A DNA stretch of 34,567 nucleotides from Rhodospirillales bacterium (GTDB lineage: Bacteria; Pseudomonadota; Alphaproteobacteria; MPNO01; UBA2964). Below, in pieces: positions 30,104 to 34,567 of this stretch. The stretch's first letter is position 1, and each line of letters opens with the position of its first letter. The stretch is from the NCBI GenBank assembly GCA_002727395.1, contig PBWY01000117.1, positions 1 to 34,567 on the forward strand. The letters are read 5' to 3'. Both the position numbers and the translations under genes were made by a program. The notes under the pieces are model-generated. The model was not told where the DNA came from, made no database searches, and worked only from the letters and a program-made list of their open reading frames with translations.

Positions 30104-30919
30104 TTATTCGCCCATGGTTATTAGAAGCCCTTTAATTCTCGCTATTCGAAAGACATATAAAAAAACACTCATACCGCCAAGCATGTATAATATATTTAAG
30201 GATAAAGCATTGAAGAATAAATCTGTCTTGAACACATTGTCGATTAGTAGTGCTCTCATTCCTTCGAAAACATGAGAAGAGGGCAGAATCCATGCGACGG
30301 TTTGTAACCATTCCGGTAAAATAGAAATTGGATAATATATACCGCTTATTGGTGCAAGAAGGAAAATACCAACCCAAGCTAAACTCTCAGCTCCCATCCC
30401 ATATCGGAGCACAAGTGCAGATACTAACAGTCCTATTGCACCACCAAAAATCATAAGGTTCATGAAAAATATAATAAGGGGTAAACCCATATCAAAGATT
30501 GAATATTGATAAAATGGTATAGCTAATATAGCAGCAGGGATTACACCAATAATCGTTCGAATTAAACTAATGGATAAAAGAGATAAAGCCCACTCATGAG
30601 GTCTGAGCGGACTAACAAATAATTGAGCTAGATTGCGTGACCACATTTCTTCTAAAAACGATACCGCAACCCCAATATTGCTCCGAAACATTACATCCCA
30701 AAGAAGGACTGCCGCAATCAACAAACCTGCGACCTTAATTATAGGTGACTCGGAAGACATTAAAAATTGATTTAAGAAGCCCCAAAGGATCATTTGCATG
30801 GTTGGCCAGTATGCTAATTCTAAGATCCTTATCCAAGAACTTTTCAATAAATAAAGGTATCTTAATAGCATTATAATTATGCGGTTGATGGTTGAACGAA
30901 GCCGGATTATTTGGCGCAT
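30104..30919 (-). CDS. ABC-2 type transporter permease
   Basis: Six hydrophobic segments of typical ABC-2 size, lying directly downstream of an ABC ATPase gene. Confidence 0.72.
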   Translation of the reverse strand: MRQIIRLRSTINRIIIMLLRYLYLLKSSWIRILELAYWPTMQMILWGFLNQFLMSSESPIIKVAGLLIAAVLLWDVMFRSNIGVAVSFLEEMWSRNLAQLFVSPLRPHEWALSLLSISLIRTIIGVIPAAILAIPFYQYSIFDMGLPLIIFFMNLMIFGGAIGLLVSALVLRYGMGAESLAWVGIFLLAPISGIYYPISILPEWLQTVAWILPSSHVFEGMRALLIDNVFKTDLFFNALSLNILYMLGGMSVFLYVFRIARIKGLLITMGE

Positions 30920-30954
30920 TTTGACTTTTAAAACCTATCAGTTAATTCTTTATT

Positions 30955-31722
30955 TTATAATTTATTGAATTCTGCTCGTGCAATTTGTAGGAAAACATCT
31001 TCTAGCGTATTCCTCTCATATTTTTTAATTAAAGCTTTAGGGGCCCCTTGATCAACGACATTACCATTTCTCATAATTATGACATCTGAGCACAGACGGC
31101 TAACCTCATCCATATTGTGCGAGGCTAATAAAATTGTAGCACCTGTTTTACTGGCATATTCTTCTAAATAAGACCTTATCCAGCTGGCGGTTTCGGGATC
31201 TAGTGAGGCCGTTGGTTCATCCAAAAGCAGTAACGAGGGTGAATTAATTAGTGCTTTTGCCAAAGAAACACGACTACGTTGTCCTGATGATAATTGACCT
31301 GTAGGCAGATCTAAAAAATCATTCAGAGCAAATGACTCCGCCAGATTTTCTATGTCTTCTTTGGAATTACCCATGCCATAAAGTCCCGCAAAAATTCTTA
31401 GATTTTGCTGCACTGTTAAGCGCTTCGGTAATTCGACATATGGAGAACTAAAGTTAATCCGACTTAAAACCTTATAACGAGAAGTTATGATATCTTCTCC
31501 CAATACTCTTATTTTACCACTAGTAGGTAAAAGCAAGCCTAGGATCATAGCGATGGTTGTCGTTTTGCCTGCACCGTTTCCACCTAATAGGCCTGTGATG
31601 GATCCCGCATTAACTTTAAAAGAAATTTTATTTACGGCGATTTTACATCCGAAATTTTTGGTTAATGATTTAATATCAATTGCTATTTTTTTCATAAACT
31701 TTTTTGTATCACGTAAATTCAT
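30955..31722 (-). CDS. ABC transporter ATP-binding protein
   Basis: GLLGGNGAGKTTT (Walker A), LSSGQRSRVSLAKAL (signature), LLLLDEPTASLD (Walker B), SHNMDEV (H-loop). Alternative start at 31695. Confidence 0.88.
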   Translation of the reverse strand: MNLRDTKKFMKKIAIDIKSLTKNFGCKIAVNKISFKVNAGSITGLLGGNGAGKTTTIAMILGLLLPTSGKIRVLGEDIITSRYKVLSRINFSSPYVELPKRLTVQQNLRIFAGLYGMGNSKEDIENLAESFALNDFLDLPTGQLSSGQRSRVSLAKALINSPSLLLLDEPTASLDPETASWIRSYLEEYASKTGATILLASHNMDEVSRLCSDVIIMRNGNVVDQGAPKALIKKYERNTLEDVFLQIARAEFNKL

Positions 31723-31793
31723 GACTAATACCAGTTATTTGTTAAATTAAAACGGTGGTTCTAACTAGCGTTTTAGATTATCAGGAGCATATT

Positions 31794-33089
31794 ATGGCTA
31801 TCGTCCCGTCGCACAACGAAACAAGTAGGGTACAGTTAAGGACATTAGTACTGATACGTTGGGTGGCCATAGTTGGTCAAATGGCTACTCTACTTGTAGT
31901 TTTTTACGGTCTAAGATTTGATCTACCACTTTTCGCAACTATGATCACTGTTTTGGCATCTGCGACTGTTAATTTAGTAGCCCAGTTTGTCGGAGGGTCT
32001 AGGAGAGTTTCTGAGAAGGGTGCTGCGGGATACCTCGCCTTTGATATTGGGCAGCTTACGATTTTGCTCTATCTCACCGGAGGCCTTGGCAATCCCTTTG
32101 CTTTTCTTTTGTTAGCGCCGGTGGCTATCTCTGCAACTGTTTTATCACTTAGAAGCACTATCATCTTAAGTGCTATTGCCCTAATTTCAATTACAGTTTT
32201 ATCAATGTACCATTTGCCTCTGCCTGGCCAAGGAATTTTGCCCCGCCTTCCCACAATTTATGTTTTGGGTGTGTGGACTGCACTCGCAATTGGCATCTTA
32301 TTTTTTGCATCTTATACATGGCGGGTAGCGCAGGCAGCACGCGCACTTTCTGATGGTTTGTTTGCTACACAACAGGCTCTGGCGCGTGAGCAGCGTCTAT
32401 CTGACATGGGGGCGATTGCAGCTGCTGCAGCCCATGAGCTTGGGAGCCCACTTGGAACCATTGCTGTGATTAGCAGGGAGCTCTCTCGGGACCTTCCAGA
32501 AGACAGTCCAATTGCAGAGGATGTTGCATTGCTACTTACAGAAACAAATAGATGCAGGGAAATATTGGCGGCCCTTGCTCATAATCCAGAAGGGGACGGC
32601 GCACCATTTTCTGCAGTACCGATGAGTGCAGTTGTGGAGATGGCTACAATTCGGCATCAGACTGATCGAATTTCCCTAAGTTTTAAATCCACATCAATTG
32701 ATGAAGATGACAATGGCGCTGAGCCAGTTATACGTTATATCCCGGAAATAATTCACGGCATTGGATCTTTGGCTCAAAACGCTATACAATTTGCAAATTC
32801 TGAAGTGGAGTTGTTAACTACTTGGTCAAAAAATATTGTGAACGTTTCAATCATTGATGATGGACCAGGATTTCCCCCCTTTGTTTTAGATCGTATTGGT
32901 GAACCCTATATATCCTTGAGAATTAGTAAAGATGAACATATGGGCTTGGGCATTTTTATTGCACAGACCTTATTAGCGAGGACGGGAGCAGAGCTATCTT
33001 TTTTAAATAAAAGGGAAGGAGGTGCGGTTGTTAAGATACAATGGCGCCGGGAAATGTTGGAAAGCGTTGAGGGTAAATTTGATGGATGA
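31794..33089 (+). CDS. regB: Redox-sensing histidine kinase RegB/PrrB/ActS
   Basis: Six N-terminal TM helices containing the GGLGNPF quinone-site heptapeptide. H-box AAAAHELGSPLGTI, redox-box cysteine in TETNRCREIL, ATPase N/G boxes (DDGPGF, GLGIFIA). ATG 31794 is preceded by AGGAG. Confidence 0.88.
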   Translation: MAIVPSHNETSRVQLRTLVLIRWVAIVGQMATLLVVFYGLRFDLPLFATMITVLASATVNLVAQFVGGSRRVSEKGAAGYLAFDIGQLTILLYLTGGLGNPFAFLLLAPVAISATVLSLRSTIILSAIALISITVLSMYHLPLPGQGILPRLPTIYVLGVWTALAIGILFFASYTWRVAQAARALSDGLFATQQALAREQRLSDMGAIAAAAAHELGSPLGTIAVISRELSRDLPEDSPIAEDVALLLTETNRCREILAALAHNPEGDGAPFSAVPMSAVVEMATIRHQTDRISLSFKSTSIDEDDNGAEPVIRYIPEIIHGIGSLAQNAIQFANSEVELLTTWSKNIVNVSIIDDGPGFPPFVLDRIGEPYISLRISKDEHMGLGIFIAQTLLARTGAELSFLNKREGGAVVKIQWRREMLESVEGKFDG

Positions 33090-33675
33090 AATCGATATAA
33101 AGGTGGGGTCGGCATCACATATAAACCGGGAACCAAAAACATTATTAATTGTTGACGATGACAAACCTTTTAGAGAAAGACTCGCTAAAGCAATGGAGCG
33201 CAGAGGTTTCATAGTCACCGCCGTTGAGAGCGCTGCGGAGGGAATCTCTATGGCAAAATTGGCACCACCTAATTATGCGGTTCTTGACCTACGTCTAGAT
33301 GACGGAAGTGGGCTAGATGTCGTTTCTGTAATACGAGAAGCACAACCCGAATCACGTATAATTATATTGACTGGCTATGGAAATATTGCGACAGCCGTTG
33401 CTGCAGTGAAGGCAGGTGCAATTGACTATCTTGCAAAGCCTGCAGATGCGGATCAGGTTGCATCTGCCTTGCTAACCAGTGGAGTTGATTTGCCACCGCC
33501 ACCTGAAAACCCAATGTCTGCTGATAGAGTCAGGTGGGAACATATCCAGCGGGTGTATGAACAGTGTAATAGAAATGTTTCTGAAACCGCTAGAAGATTA
33601 AATATGCATCGACGAACACTACAAAGAATTCTAGCAAAACGGGCGCCAAGAGAGACTAATATCTCAAGGTCTTAG
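33082..33675 (+). CDS. regA: Response regulator RegA/PrrA/ActR
   Basis: Receiver domain LLIVDDDKPF...VLDLRLDDGSGL...LTGYGNIATAV, plus the near-invariant RegA HTH NVSETARRLNMHRRTLQRILAKRAP. The ATG overlaps the regB stop (ATGGATGA). Confidence 0.9.
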   Translation: MDEIDIKVGSASHINREPKTLLIVDDDKPFRERLAKAMERRGFIVTAVESAAEGISMAKLAPPNYAVLDLRLDDGSGLDVVSVIREAQPESRIIILTGYGNIATAVAAVKAGAIDYLAKPADADQVASALLTSGVDLPPPPENPMSADRVRWEHIQRVYEQCNRNVSETARRLNMHRRTLQRILAKRAPRETNISRS

Positions 33676-33843
33676 GAGTGGTTTTAAATAGTAGTTAAAG
33701 TATTTCAATCTATATAAATTAACATATTTGCACAAATAATTTTGTATTGAGAAAAGATCTTTTTAAAATTAGATAGATCTAAAATATGCTAATTGTGCAG
33801 GTTTATGAGTTAATTAAAGTATCAGGTGTTGTGGTAAGATATT

Positions 33844-34567
33844 ATGCTTTCTAAAAAAAGAGTTTTAGTAACAGGGGGTGCAGGATTTATAGGTTCTCAT
33901 CTTTGTGCAAAGTTGATTGGTTTAGGATACGATGTACTCTGCGTAGATAATTATTATACAGGTTCGAAAAATAATATATCCCAATTGCTCTCTAATCCTC
34001 AATTTGAATTAATGCGTCATGATGTTACTTTTCCGCTATATGTTGAAGTTGATGAGATTTTTAATTTAGCCTGTCCAGCGTCGCCTATTCATTATCAATT
34101 AGACCCAGTCCAAACAACTAAGACTAGTGTCCATGGCGCAATCAATATGCTTGGTCTAGCGAAAAGAGTAGGAGCTAAAATCTTTCAGGCCTCTACTAGT
34201 GAGATTTATGGAGATCCTACAGTTCATCCGCAAGTCGAGAATTATTGGGGAAATTGCAACCCTATAGGTTCTAGGGCCTGTTATGATGAAGGAAAAAGGT
34301 GTGCAGAAACATTATTTTTTGATTATCACAGGCAACATAATCTCTCAATCAAAGTAGCTAGAATATTTAATACCTATGGTCCACGTATGCATCCTAATGA
34401 TGGACGGGTAGTTTCGAATTTTATTGTTCAGGCGCTAAGGAATAATCCGGTTACAATTTATGGCGATGGGTCGCAAACTAGATCTTTTTGCTATATTGAT
34501 GATTTAATTGAGGCCTTCATACTTATAATGCAAACGAATGACGATTTTATCGGTCCAATAAATATTG
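33844..34567 (+). CDS. UDP-glucuronate decarboxylase (UDP-xylose synthase-like SDR), 3' end cut by window edge
   Basis: My own translation gives [21 protein letters not shown]...[12 protein letters not shown]...[12 protein letters not shown]...TSEIYGDP...[11 protein letters not shown]...[10 protein letters not shown]...DGRVVSNFI...[14 protein letters not shown]. It is absent from the ORF track, probably because no stop lies inside the window. Confidence 0.86.
   Translation, partial: MLSKKRVLVTGGAGFIGSHLCAKLIGLGYDVLCVDNYYTGSKNNISQLLSNPQFELMRHDVTFPLYVEVDEIFNLACPASPIHYQLDPVQTTKTSVHGAINMLGLAKRVGAKIFQASTSEIYGDPTVHPQVENYWGNCNPIGSRACYDEGKRCAETLFFDYHRQHNLSIKVARIFNTYGPRMHPNDGRVVSNFIVQALRNNPVTIYGDGSQTRSFCYIDDLIEAFILIMQTNDDFIGPINI

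Noticed and set aside
33676-33843. Paired AGATCT palindromes and AT-rich sequence between regA and the UDP-glucuronate decarboxylase gene as a regulatory element.
   Set aside because: These are two 6-bp palindromes in AT-rich DNA, with no extended symmetry and no recurrence elsewhere in the window. That is not distinguishable from chance.

Overview
This window reads as AT-rich core chromosome (roughly 40% GC by eye) from an alphaproteobacterium. Supporting signatures are a RegB/RegA/SenC redox module, the ubiE-ubiB / mutM / enoyl-CoA hydratase / rpsT / dnaA arrangement, a DUF1058-type SH3 protein and a Bug/TctC binding protein. About 36 tightly packed genes are present. In order: pnp (5' truncated), fabA-fabB-fabI, a rubrerythrin / CCG Fe-S protein / DUF3501 trio, and a minus-strand string coaBC-dut-ThiF/MoeB-like E1-DsrE-like-PqqC/CADD-like-SH3. 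Then tctC, ubiB-ubiE, mutM, a small exported hypothetical, enoyl-CoA hydratase, rpsT, the replication cluster dnaA-dnaN-recF-gyrB, and a GNAT. Then a class A PBP, a DMT transporter, ycgN, senC, a secreted ankyrin protein, a flavodoxin-like protein, an ABC-2 exporter pair, regB-regA and a 3'-truncated UDP-glucuronate decarboxylase. I saw no rRNA, tRNA, CRISPR array, transposase, integrase, phage gene or recognisable defence system. The most unusual points are below. (1) Three otherwise well-conserved genes each carry a single lesion: in-frame TAA codons in coaBC and the ankyrin gene, and a -1 frameshift on an A8 tract followed by TAG in the PBP gene. (2) An E1-like adenylyltransferase is translationally coupled to a DsrE-like protein with no ubiquitin-like carrier nearby. 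It is followed by a PqqC/CADD-like protein that keeps a diiron ligand set. (3) A cysteine-free rubrerythrin sits with an HdrD/GlpC-like Fe-S protein and DUF3501. None of these is proven novel, and all need database or read-level checks that I cannot run here.
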